Shown here piece after piece: positions 1 to 12,106 of a stretch of 58,532 bases of DNA. The position numbers were made by a program, and so were the translations under genes. This DNA is from Catajapyx aquilonaris (lineage: Eukaryota), in contig JYFJ02002352.1 of assembly GCA_000934665.2 (NCBI GenBank), forward strand, positions 1 through 58,532, given 5' to 3'. A model generated the notes under the pieces. That model saw only the letters and a program-made list of their open reading frames with translations, did not search any database and had not been told where the DNA came from. Every line of letters begins with the position of its first letter. Within the stretch, counting starts at the first letter, position 1.

Positions 1-440
1 AGTAACTTATGACCAATACACTATGTTAGCTGATGAGGCAGGATGTCACCTTCTTCATTGATTGATTTGTTTCTCCTTTTGCTGCTGTTAGTATTACTAA
101 CTTGAAGAAAAGTATCAGCTTTATGAGCTCGAGTTATTTCCATGGAGAATATTGGTACCTACAAGAGAAAAAGCTCTATTGAACTATGTTCAAATAGCCA
201 ATCCATTTATCTAAGCCAATCAGGCTGGAAAAACATCATGACTTATAACTCCCAAACCAAGGGCCATTCAATTCAAATTCATTGAACCTTTTTCTCTTGT
301 ACCTCCATAGGCCGAAACTGGTTTCAATAAAATTGGGCTCAGGTGGCTGACTTCGTTCCCTTATTGTTATCATAACCTGTTGTTCTCTTGCCAGCTCATA
401 GACACTCAGCAGTTTAATAAGTCACTGTCATCATTTTCAG

Positions 441-874
441 ATCAGTCAACTTCAGATACATCTACCACACCCAACATCCTTACTTCGAACAAATACACCA
501 TGCCAGAGGAAGTTCCAACACCTCGAAGTGAATCTGATGGACAAACAGTCATTCTTTTAGTTGTACTAATTGTGATATTAATAATTTTCGCAATATGCTT
601 GTGCGGCACAATTGGCAAAAAGAAGCCCAGTCCAGTAGGCCTACGTAACATTGAGGAGGCATCATACGTCCCAGCTGTTCCAAGGGAGACAACAAGGCCA
701 AGGACTCAAGCAGAAACAATAATACCAGCTGCATCACTACAAGTGGTGCTCCCACCAGAGCCATCAGCACCAGAACCATTACCATCATCCTCTCCCCCAG
801 AATATCAGCAAGTGATCCTACCTCCCGAGAACGAATCTCTTCCACCACCGTATGAGTCACTGTTTCCATCTTAG
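441..874 (+). CDS. CUB-like/LDLa/TM/PPxY family copy 1: last exon only (stalk, TM, Pro-rich tail); upstream exons probably outside the window
   Basis: Acceptor ttttcag|at at 440/441 (phase 1 as in paralogs); TM VILLVVLIVILIIFAICLC; tail has PSAP, PPEY and terminal PPPYESLFPS matching copies 2, 4, 5. Confidence 0.8.
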
Positions 875-1729
875 TTTCTTGAGTATGTATCATAATATTC
901 ACATGCCACAAAAGTTTCATGATCAGATCATCTTTTTGAATGACTTTTACTGGCAAGTTTTTTATTGCTATTGTTGAGTCAACAGTTAATACCAGTGGTA
1001 AACATGATCTAATTATATACCATACTTATTTTTGCTATGGGAAAGGACTTAATGATGTAGCACCCAATATTATATTACACACTACTGCCTGAATATTTGC
1101 TACCTCATTTTGATACTGATAGCAATGGGTACAAAATATGTTGTAAGCAACGTACAAGCTAAAGCAGATTGTGGAAAAGGCTGGTGTAACCGTGAATGTT
1201 AGATTAGTTAAACCAATCTCCATCTTTATTTATACATGGCCAAAAAATTGTGTTCGACCAAAACGCCCCCTGTACATGGTGTAATTCTTCTGAGATCTTT
1301 TCAATGCATCATGTTCTGTATGGCTGTCCTTTTTTAGTACCCCCAGGAAAAACTACCACACCAATGTATCTAAACTTCTAAAGAGTTAGCAGTGAACACC
1401 AAGTTATCGCATGGGCAAGTTAGCATCAGTTGTCCAGAGTGGACCCGTAAAGTAGTGATAGACTACAGTACCTATTTTCTCAACCTTCAACTATTGGGTG
1501 GGATTAAATGCGAGTAACTGATTCCAGTTGCATGTGCACATCACACATGTACAGTGTAACAGGATCACAGGATCTACCAGTAGGGAAGTGCCTGTGAAAC
1601 TGGAACAGATAATAATTCACTATGCCCGTAATTTCGTCATTACCTTGCTCCATTGCTGAAGGTATACGATGTACTGTACCATCATGCTATAAATTGTTGT
1701 AGCATGTTGTATAGCTGTTTGCAAGCCAG

Positions 1730-1862
1730 GGGGTGGATTCATGAAATGTCGTAAGTTCGTCGTAACCGGTCATAACCATAGTTAGTTAATTATTAGTAAA
1801 TATGGTTACTACCGGTTACGACTAAAATTTGACTTGTCTCCGACATTTCATGAATCCACCCC
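1730..1862. mobile_element. Small MITE, probably PIF/Harbinger type
   Basis: TIRs GGGGTGGATTCATGAAATGTCG...CGACATTTCATGAATCCACCCC, further internal inverted symmetry, 3-bp CAG duplication on both sides. Confidence 0.75.
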
Positions 1863-2887
1863 CAGAAGATTTTTTATGCCCATGCTGTTTTACCATGTGA
1901 CATGGTTCTAGTATGCATGATCCCATAGTTGCAGGCAAAGCTATCCTTACCACCCCATGGGATCAGATTGTAACAATTTGTGACTTACATAAAAGGCATG
2001 TGAATATTTTTGATTATCAATAATTCATGCTGTATTGAAAGTCTGTTTTGATTTGGACACACTTGGTATGAACTGTTCCATGAGTCAGAACTCTTATAAG
2101 GTGTCATTGATGTTGTATTTTTTGCATAAAATTACCAAAGAAATATTAGGCTTGTAGCTCTTTTAAAAATGGACAAAGATGACTCCTTGTCAGCATTAAT
2201 GTATGAATTTTGGATTATGAACTGCCACACCATGAGTGTCAAAAGTCAAGTCAAGTTGTTTCACTTATAGTCTTATAACGTAAGCAATCTACCACCACTC
2301 AGGCGTTTTTATTCTGTACCTTTATTTTTGGCGAGAAAACTCTTTCACAATTATTTCCTGTAGAGAATTGTAATATCCATTGTTGTGAATGCAGAACAAA
2401 TTATGAAAGGAGTTGTCCAGCAAGTACGTCATGCTGACCTGCAGCTTTTTAAATCCCACACCGGTGTGATATGTACAGTACTTCACAGATAACCCTAAAT
2501 GCATTATTAACAAGTGATTTCCGAAAAGGGTTCTCACCATGCCTTACTCTAACTTGTAAGTTACAAACCAGGTGGAGATTTCTTTTTTAAGCATACCACT
2601 ATTTTTACACTGGATTTAGCATGGATTATGGACCATATGTGTGCTACACTTTGCCAATAATGCCAGTGAACAATATTTGAAAACATAGCCATTGCTACAT
2701 CATTTAGTGATTAATAACATTGTACAATTTTGTAACATCATAAATGCATGCATGAAAACTCATTTTATATTAGTTTTGTCCTTCATTTTAGTGCCAGCAG
2801 ATATTTTTGTAAGATAATAATGTGCAATAGGGTGATCATCTGGAAAGTCTGAAATTTGAAACACAATATTCTAGAATTGTTGACCTT

Positions 2888-2905
2888 CAATAATAATAAT
2901 TATTA

Positions 2906-2946
<41 letters not shown>

Positions 2947-2972
2947 CATTATTATTATAAATTATTTATTTA
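2888..2972. repeat. (ATT)n microsatellite
   Basis: Imperfect aat/att tandem array. Confidence 0.95.
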
Positions 2973-3119
2973 TTTTACTGCTTATGAACGGCATTGTGAT
3001 GTAATTGTGCCTCTGAGTACGATTGATATTTACTACTGTGATTCCCAAGCATGATATGAATCAAATACTGATACCAATAATTCAAATGTGAGAATTTGTG
3101 AGAAAGTGAAAGTTTGCCA

Positions 3120-3378
3120 GGGAGATGACTGTCAACAGCACCTCTGGGTCAGACATCACCTGTCATGGAGACTGGAGCCTGTTTACATCACCATAGAACA
3201 CATCATGCTGGAGCTAGCAGTCAGAGAAGGTGGATGCAAGTTTGGTGGGTTCGAGAATTTTAACATCTTGGATCTTGGCCTCAACACCATCACCTGGGAG
3301 ACTGTCAACAGCACCTCTGGGTGAGACGGCACCTGCCATGGAGACTGGCTGTTTACATCGCTATAGAACTCAACATAA
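3120..3378 (+). repeat. Imperfect ~80-bp direct repeat, two copies ~173 bp apart
   Basis: actgtcaacagcacctctgggt...catggagactgg...tgtttacatc at 3128 and 3301. Confidence 0.85.
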
Positions 3379-4723
3379 TATGGTGTTGAACTGTTTACAT
3401 TTTTTATGTGTTTACATGTGTACAATTCGTGAATGTTTTGAGTGTATGTATGTTCATGTCAATGATGTCATCCATTTCATCATCATCCTATCCATTATAT
3501 CTTCTATGTGGCCTGACGAATTGAGTGTAGCATCCCTGAATTATTACTTGGGGACATCAAATGTTGCACTTTCCAGATGATCACCCAAAACATATGCCAA
3601 GGTTATTTTTTAGACCTGTTGTACACCATTAATTTTATTGAATTTCTGTACTCTTGCCTTACAATCAGTTTCAAAAATGTGCATTCATTTCTTGTTGCAT
3701 GGCTTTGGATTACTTGTTCCGATAAAAATGCATAAATGCAGCAATGTCTCATTATTTGATACTACACTTTACCTTTTGTTCCCCTTTGGTTAAGATGACC
3801 AAATCCCTTCTACAGTATTCTACAGTATGGACAGTAGTTACTTTAACACATCATTTTTTTAGTCAGGGAAAGAACACTGGTAAGAAGTACTCTCAATGTG
3901 CATCTGGCTTGCTCATGGGGTATATTCTGCAGGCCTCGAACCCACTCTGTCCAACACCCTTGACAAACAGCTTTTTTTGGGCTCCCATTAAGTCTCCACT
4001 GACTCCCAAGCTAAGAAATGTGTAAGCGTCCGATTTCAAGCCATGCGTCTGAAGTCGCCCCATTCTATGGTACATTGATGGTACTGGTCCGCAAGCTGCG
4101 CTGAGCATCAGAACATTGAAGTGGCTATACTCTGTAGCACTTTGTAACACCTACAGTAATGCATGCCACTTTCCCCCAAAAAAAATCCTCTGCAATTTTG
4201 TGCTATGCCATCAACTTCGAAAAATGGGATGAACATGCCAGTACAGTACAACCATCGCAATAAGATGCCAAAATATGCTCGTTAAATCTGGCTGAATTAT
4301 CTTGGCTCATTTCATTTGATTATTAAAATGTGGACGCTTCACAAGTATCATCATGAAACAACCACTGAATGTTTCCAAGAGCTCTTGATGTTTCTGAATG
4401 TGCTTCAATGCATTATCTATCCTGCACTGTAGGCAACCACACACAAATGGGAGGAGCAGTGTGAGCAGTGCTACCAGAGGGAAGTCACCTGGCTCATGTG
4501 ACGTCACTGTGACTGATGCTGTGACCTCCATAGTGAGTTAGTGACGTCCAGTCCGCCGAGGGCCGAGTCCGGGAACTGACCACTTGTGCGTCTTCCTGCT
4601 TCCGCATCATCCACTGTTTGTGTTCATCGCTGTCACCGTTTGTTTTGCTCCCTTTGGGCAGAGCAACTAAGTAAGCTTCGAGTGTCATACGGTGAGATCA
4701 GCTGCACGCACGTGCAACGAGTG

Positions 4724-7700
4724 ATGCTGACAACCCTTTTGGTCAGCGCAGCCTCCTTATTGTTCACCGCATCCTTGCTGCTGGCAGCAGCTCCTGGTGC
4801 TTCTGCCTATAGACATTACCGTAAGTGGGGACGATTCTGTGGTGCACATAAGGTGGCCAGGATGTGTTCATTTTTATGCTGTTAACCATCTCGATATGCA
4901 GAGACCTTGAGGATTGGGTCCAAGTTGTGCAACCCTCCCACGCAAGTCAACAACAATGGCAGCAGCAACGACTGGTTCACTTTGCAGCTGGAACCACAAG
5001 GGGGGTCAATCTCCTACTATGTCACCGTCAAGCGAGGTGGTGATGATGGGCTGGTGGACCCCACATCAGCACCTGCCTTGTCACCACCAAGTGTGCCCCC
5101 TACCAGAGCAGAGCGCTGCAGGTTTAGGGTGGATGCTGGATGGGAGTTCGGGGTGTTGGCCACAGTGCAGAAAGTGGCACTGACACCAGGTGACAATGCG
5201 ACATGCAGGGAGCATGTTAAGGTAGAGTCACATCTCCCGTGTGTGTGTGTGTACATTGATGGGTAAGGACTTCGTATTTTGAAAACTCTTCAGAGTTACA
5301 ATGAGGAGAAATGTTGAAGCGACTTGATGCCAGAAAAGAAGGTGGCAGGAAAACAAACCCATATATGTGAGCCGAGTCATAGTCTAGTGTAGGCTTGTAG
5401 GTCAGCCAAGATACAGACTTTGAAGATGCATTCATCCCTACCATGCCAATAAGAAACGTGCCACTGAGGCTTTCTTTTTTGCTGACTCTCTCGAAGCATC
5501 TTGCCCAAAGACGATTGTGCCTACACAAGTAGGTGAAGAGGGTATGAAAGGATTAAGGAGGGAGTAGCCTAGTATTGGCAGGAACAACCAAAGAAAATGT
5601 TATATTCATCTCCAGTAGCATTCTTATGGCACTAATTTCTTTACAAACAATTTTTATTTTGACAAATTATCATCATTATGTCATTTTGTGCAGATAATGT
5701 TAGTGATCCTCACTTTTATGTCTTTCAGTTTTCCTCACATGACTTGCAGTCTGTGAGTGATGAGTTGTGTGGATACAAGGATGAAACACAAAACTCTCCG
5801 TTGTGGAAACATAGCTACAGTGTCAGTGGTCCAATGGATGTGGATATAATTACGGAGATACCAGAGCCAAATGGAAATGCAACCAAGAAGCTAGATAGTG
5901 TGGTGATGAAAATTACATTTGTGGCATTCTTAAGTAAGTTCTTTCGTGTTTGAAAATGTTTTCATGGTATCATTTATTACAATATAAGTGTTACTTTTAA
6001 ACAATGTGGTACGAGGGTGGTTCAATAATTTATCTACCTGAGTATCAAAATGAATACCTTTATTGAAATCCTCCTAATCATTTTTCAATATAGTCCCCCC
6101 TGAGCTCTACACACTTCTTCCACTTTGTCTCAAGTGACCTTAGGCCGTCAAAAAAAAAGTTTCCTGTTGGTCTGCAAACTACTTCATCGCTGGAGAAACC
6201 CTGGCCACGCAGGAATTTCTTCCAGTTTCGGAACAGGAAATAGTCACTTGGGGCCAGGTATGTGCTGTATGGTGGATGGTTCAGTGTTTAGAAGGCACAT
6301 TCAGCAATGGCGGCCTGTGATTTGTGCGCCATGTGCACAGGTGCATTGTCGTGGAGAAGAAGAATGCATGATGCAAGTTTCCCACGACGTTTGCTGTCGC
6401 AGAGCCCTCACAGTTGCAGCATAGGACTCCCCAGTGATGGTCTTCTTGTTAGACATGAATTCCAGGAGCAGTTGGCCGTCTTCGTCCCAGAAAACAGTGG
6501 CCATGATCTTCCCTGCGGAGCGCTGCACAGGGAACTTCTTCGGGGTCGGAGAACCCTTGTGCTTCCACTGCATTGACTCTTGTTTGGATTCTCCTGACTG
6601 TACTCTCTGCGGGAGGCTTTTTGCATTGGCCTGAGCATTCTGGGCACCCACCTGGAACTGACCCAGGACATCCTCAAATTTTCATGGATAATTTCCCAAC
6701 TGTTCCTGATGAAATATCCAAATCCTGCACGATTTCCGCAACCTTGATTCAACGGTCCATCATAATGAATGTCTCCACTTTGTCGCACATTTCCTCTGAA
6801 GATGCACTCACCGGCCGGCCTGGGTGGGGGTCATCTTCAATTGACTCCCGTTCCCATTTGAACAGCTTACTCCAGAACTTGACCTTGTAGGCCGATGGTG
6901 CACCATCACCAAACAGTGTTCCCATCATTTCATGGATCTCTTTTGGTGTTTTCTGCTCTTTTGTGAGGAACTTAATCACCGACCTATGCTCCTAATCTAC
7001 AACTTTCTTCGCAGAGAGGCAGGCGCTATCACTTGACATCCTGTCTCTCAGAGGTTGAACAACCTACTGTGCTATAATTTGGTGTGAGTCATCCCAAGAC
7101 ATGTATATAGCTGTATGTGCAAGTTCGGACTTGCACCTCTACGCTTTCATACTCAGGTAGATAAATTATTGAACTGCCCTCGTAGCATTGGCCTTCCTCG
7201 CCACACAAAAGCACCTGGTATATTTCCTGCTTGGCCTCAAATCTAAGGTAAAATCAGAGAGTGAAGAGCAAGAGTCAGGAGAAATGCTTGTGACATTGAA
7301 ATGTATTAAAAGCGTGCGAAGAAGATGACAGACTTCTTTAAAATGACATTTAAATAATACTTGAAAATACATCATGTTTATCTTATTGATTTGTAAGTAA
7401 AAAATTACTGGAGCTAGATTTGTTAGAAAATTATTGTCATCCAGGAAACAACTTCCATCAAACATTTAAAACAAATGCTGTGAATTATTGCAGGGTGCCC
7501 AGCAGGCTTGGGCATTTGGAAGCGCTGTCCTGATTCAGATGTGTGCCTCCATCCGGCCTTGTTTTGTGATGGTGTTAGGAACTGCCCCACTAATGAAGAA
7601 CCATTTTGCCGCTACAATATTCAGCCTTCAGGTAATTTTACAAGTCACAATACTAGGCATTTTTGTGTACTTTTCCTTTGGTTATTTTTACAAGGCACAA

Positions 7701-9955
7701 ACAATGCCATGTAAGTGCGGATGTGAGGATAAGACAGTAGTTTTCTCATACTGTGGCACGCACACACATGTTTGCGGCCGGCCTGTGGGGACCTCAGTTC
7801 CTGCCCTTTTTTGAAATCTGTACTGACCAAACCTGACCTAACATAACATAACCTACCCTACCCTACCTAACCTAAACTAAACACTCCGCCTACGCCAAGA
7901 AAAATTGACTTTAAAAGAACTTAATTATAGGGACATGTCCCCACAAAAATGGTAAAAAACCAAATTCAAGCTGTTACATCCCCACAGTTATAGTAAAACA
8001 ACCAATCAGGTCCCCACAGGCAATGAGTGTGCAGGCACACACACACACAAATGAAACAAGCAGGTTGTTTGCCACTCAGGAATTTTATCTTAATTAAATG
8101 TGATTATTGAATGAGTGCATTACAAAAAAGGAAGTATTTGATGTAATATAAGATATAATGAAGCAGGATATATATATTAATCCAATGTGCCATTTTTTCT
8201 GACACCTTTTTGTACAGTCTCACAGATGAATAACTTTCATTTTTAAAGCCAAAATCTCATAGGGTTGAGATAGCCTACCAAAAATTTTTACTTTGGCTCA
8301 GTTGACATGGCATTACCCTGTTTTAGAAATTGCTATTGTGCTAATATAAGTGCATTACATCAGGATAGTGCAAGTGGCAATCTCCACTCGTGCCGCCCAT
8401 GTCAGAAAATTTCTAAGGGACTGCTGTTATGTCCAGCCATGTACAGTTCTGGACATTAATGGTGTCATACTGCTGGAGCTACGAGGTGCTGGTGGCAAAA
8501 GAGCAAATGAAAGTGGTGAATTAGCTACCAATACATCGCTTTGATTCACTATTTTTTAAATAATTCATACCCCGTTATCAGCCATCGGCTCTTCAGGGGG
8601 GAAGTTTGTTTTGACTGGAACTCTTTGCTTTTCATTTTACTGTGCTCTTTGGGATAGGATAGGGACGGAAGGAAGCGCCTGTGGCCTATTAATTATGGAA
8701 GCAACTCCGGAATTTTCCTGGAAGGACCGTGGGAAACCACAGAAAACCACGGTCAGAGTTGCCGGCCCCGGGATTCGAACCCAGGACCTCCCGATTAGCA
8801 GTCGGACGCCTTATCCACTATGCCAACCTGCTTCTGTTCGATTCACTATTTTGACACATCAGCTTGCAGCTCCAGCAGTATGACACCATTATTGTCCAGC
8901 ACTGTACATTTGTTCTAGGAGAACATTACTGCAAGGTTTATCCCTGCAATGGAATTTGAGATCCTAATTTTGTTAGTAAAGTAGTTGTATGAACCTTAGT
9001 TCAAGGTACAATTTGCCCATATTTTGTGATAATCAATGCTGAATTCTGTAGTTATCCTTAAATTAGGGACCTAAAGGTGTGCCCACAAGGTAGCGAGAAC
9101 CAGTGTGTTTGAGAAAATGTGAGCCCTTCTGGCATGAATGAGAAGCCAAAGGACGAATAGGGTTCTAGAATTTTGGCTTCTCATGTACAGCCCCGATCAT
9201 AAAGTTGGAGACAGCAGGCTCTCCCCTCCAGCAGGGGGCTCTGGCAGTACCCACCATTACGGTATCAAATATACTGTAATAAATACACGAACACACTCTT
9301 GAAGCAGCTAACGCAACCCAAAAAGAGTCAATTAGTATGAGTCTGATAAAGAAAGGTCAGATAAAACCCACAGTGTCTCCCACTTTATGCTCAGGGCAGT
9401 ACCTGTGAACGCTTAAGTCTTATATCTTATATCTCCATTCTAATAATGGACTAAGAATCACTTGATATGCTGGATTACTTGCATTGGTAGTGTTTGTTAT
9501 GAATTAGTAGGGCAATATTCATTGCATAACACTATGCTTTTCTAGGTCCAGCTACTGAGAAGCCCAAAGTTCCAGATGATTATCATGAGGAAATTCGCAA
9601 GGAACCAGCAAAAGGTGGAATGGCTTGGCCATTGCTAGTGTTTTTGATTGCCATCCCAATAAGTCTGGTAGTTTTAATTGGCGGTGCCATTGCACATTTT
9701 ACCAATGGGAAATGCAGCTGCCATGGTACTGACAGAAATAATCACACCAGAGGAAGCAGTCATTTAGAGCCTACATTTGAACCATTTGTGCCATGTGAAG
9801 CATCAGCACCACCTTTTGAAAACCATGGAACGGTTATTAACATACGAAACCTGAATGTTCATTTTAATGCCAATCATGGACGACAAGGTCACAATGCTAG
9901 ACAATGTGATGCCATTCTGCCACCATCATATGAGACCCTCTTCCCATCTCACTGA
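4724..9955 (+). CDS. CUB-like/LDLa/TM/PPxY family copy 2, ~389 aa; exons 4724-4820, 4902-5221, 5729-5933, 7494-7631, 9546-9955
   Basis: Signal peptide MLTTLLVSAASLLF...ASA; GT-AG introns of phase 1,0,1,1 give an open frame; CRFRV...LCG CUB-like segment; six-Cys LDLa (FCDGVRNCP); TM; ASAPP and PPSYETLFPSH. Confidence 0.85.
6012..7182 (-). mobile_element. Defective mariner transposon in intron 3 of copy 2
   Basis: ~30-bp TIRs CGAGGG..GTTCAATAATTTATCTACCTGAGTAT with TA duplications; minus-strand fragments IKFLTKEQKTPKEIH...DDPHPGRP, SRWVPRML, SAGKIMATVFWD; frameshifts and deletions. Confidence 0.95.
7757..8049. mobile_element. Probable non-autonomous DNA element flanked by (CA)n
   Basis: Inverted GCCTGTGGGGACCT/AGGTCCCCACAGGC near the ends, internal acctaac/accct repeats and extra gtccccaca copies. 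Confidence 0.5.
8444..8904. mobile_element. Tc1/mariner-type MITE interrupted by a SINE
   Basis: TIRs CAGTTCTGGACATTAATGGTGTCATACTGCTGGAGCT / AGCTCCAGCAGTATGACACCATTATTGTCCAGCACTG with TA on both sides. Confidence 0.85.
8556..8839 (-). mobile_element. tRNA-derived SINE nested in the MITE
   Basis: Minus-strand A box TGGCATAGTGG and B box GGTTCGAATCC; 13-bp TSD GATTCACTATTTT at 8543 and 8840. Confidence 0.9.
9188..9399. mobile_element. Degenerate MITE
   Basis: Imperfect ~26-bp TIRs (cagccccgatcataaagttggagaca / tgtctcccactttatgctcagggcag) with TA flanks. Confidence 0.65.
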
Positions 9956-10360
9956 TTCTGCAATCCTACCCCTTTCATATATGTCTGCAATTTAAAGGAA
10001 CTCTTTTTGTCACTCAGATTTTAGGCAGTGCACTGCCCAGTTTGTTGAAGATGGGAATGAGTATTATGAATTACTCACTACAGTTTTAAACCACATCTTG
10101 TGTGGATTTGGAGGCTTTTTCATCGTGTCTGCAGGAGGCCTGCTGCTAGTAGGGGTTCTTGTCCTTTTTAAAGATGTACAAAAAAATAATTGTCATTGAA
10201 ACCAAACAGTGGTTGTTGCTGGAATATTTAGACATGAACAATGCCCACAAACTTATTCTGCTCTTGCAGAAATTATTTTTAGGTACAAGTACAATAGAAA
10301 TCATGAACTGTCTACCTGCAGCCCTCACACAGCCATGTAGAAATACTCTTAGGTCAACAA

Positions 10361-10627
10361 GGGCGACACGGTGGCGAGTGGTTAGCGCCGCAGCCTTCCA
10401 CCTCCAAGGTCCCGAGTTCGATCCCCGGGTCGGACGGAGGATGCTTAAGTGGATAGAGTTTCGATGGGTTCTCTCCGTGTTCGCGTGGGTTTTCTCGAGG
10501 TTCTCCCGTTTCCTCCCACTATCAAAATTCATCATATTACAGGCAAATGATTAAAGTCGGTTATTCAAAAGATGATCCCCTAAGAGGCCCAAGGGGCCTA
10601 TCACGGGGTATCCATTATTATTATTAT
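10361..10627 (+). mobile_element. tRNA-derived SINE (second family)
   Basis: A box TGGCGAGTGG, B box GAGTTCGATCC, central GTGGGTTTTCTC...TTTCCTCCCAC domain, (TTA)n tail, perfect TSD TACTCTTAGGTCAACAAGG at 10344 and 10628. Confidence 0.92.
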
Positions 10628-11186
10628 TACTCTTAGGTCAACAAGGAAGCCCCATGTGGGGTATTGAAGTGCCTTTTGTATTCCAATTTATCACTGGCAA
10701 CTTTTTGTAGCCAAATTTCCTTTCATTTTGTACTGACTAGTTGATGTGATGTCAATTAATGAGATTTTGCATGCTTAGCATTTCAATGGATTTTGATGCC
10801 TGATTTAATGTTAGTAACTGAGTTAATGGGTATCAGGTATTCAAATACATATGCTGCGTGATTCAGGCGAGATGCATTTTTACTCTGAAGTACAATTATT
10901 TGAGATCACTGTCTGTCTATGGGTTTGAATGTCTGTCAGTGTAAGACGTCTTTTTAGAAATTTGCATGTACCCACCCTTTTTCAAGTCTAATTGTACTGT
11001 ACAGCTAATGAGGACTCAACTTTATATGTTTGTATTCAAGACATATTTTCATGATGTATTGCATGCCTTCCATGTGGCATTTACTTTTCTACTGTGGCAC
11101 TGAATCACCTGTTGTGATACTCGATATATATGGTAGTTTTTGTAGAATTACTCAAACCTTTACATCAGAGAATGTATGAGGTCCAC

Positions 11187-11444
11187 TCAATAATTGAGGC
11201 GCCTCAGATCAAAAATGGGCAAGTCAATTTTTGGAGGGTGTAACACATACATGCATCAAATATGTATTTTCATGTCATTAGGTATTAATTGCACATTTGC
11301 ATATGTACTGAGCTATGGCAACATATGGACAAATGTTTCATGATTGTACCAGTGAAAGTTAAATAATCATTCGTTTTTGCTCATTTTACGAACCGTTTTT
11401 CCGAGTGGACATGGCTGCTTTTAATCCGAGACCCCTCAATTACT
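11187..11444. mobile_element. Old degenerate inverted-repeat element
   Basis: tcaataattgaggcgcctcagatcaaaaa versus ttttaatccgagacccctcaattactga. Confidence 0.45.
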
Positions 11445-11638
11445 GACAATACTTTTCATGTCTTTGTGATGCTGCATTTCATTTATTGAGTTGCATTAAA
11501 TACTGATCTTATATTAATTGCTGTAAGTGTGTTTGTGTACATTATTTTTGTGCTGATGATAATTTCACGTACAGTATTGTAAGAGTTTTAACTGTCTGAA
11601 AGGACTGTTTTTTCTAGTCCTTCACTGATATAGACCTA

Positions 11639-12106
11639 CAGGATGTCCCTTACTAGTCCCCCTTCCGTCTGGCAGTGCACTCATTGGCCCAAAACAAGTC
11701 GTAAATGTAGGGAGGAGAAATGTCGAGGCAGTAACTGGTAACGAGATAAACAATGATCAAGATGAGGTTGCCCCTAAGAAAATCGCGGCAACCCACCCAC
11801 CGGCTTTTGTGTAGGAGGAGCGGCAATCGGTTTAGCAAGGTCGTCTCGTGCTCAGGACGCAATGTCGGGTTCATATCCTGCCCCCTAGGCAACCCCTGCA
11901 CATGAGGGAGTCGAACCTATTGCCGCTCCTCCCGCACAGAACCCGGTGGGTGGGTGGCCACGATTGTCTTAGGGGCGACCTCATCTTGATCATCATTTAT
12001 CTCGCTACAGTTACTGCCTCGACATTTCTCCTCCCTACATTTACGACTTGTTTTGGGCCAATGAGTGCACTGCTGGACGGAAGGGTGACTAGTAAGGGAC
12101 ACCCTG
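11639..12106. mobile_element. Foldback-like MITE with ~200-bp TIRs (Tc1/mariner-type ends)
   Basis: TA|CAGGATGTCCCTTACTAGTC...GACTAGTAAGGGACACCCTG|TA; arms complementary over ~200 bp. Confidence 0.9.

Noticed and set aside
8760..8830. tRNA-like A/B boxes (also 10365-10430)
   Set aside because: Followed by SINE bodies and bounded by TSDs; not tRNA genes
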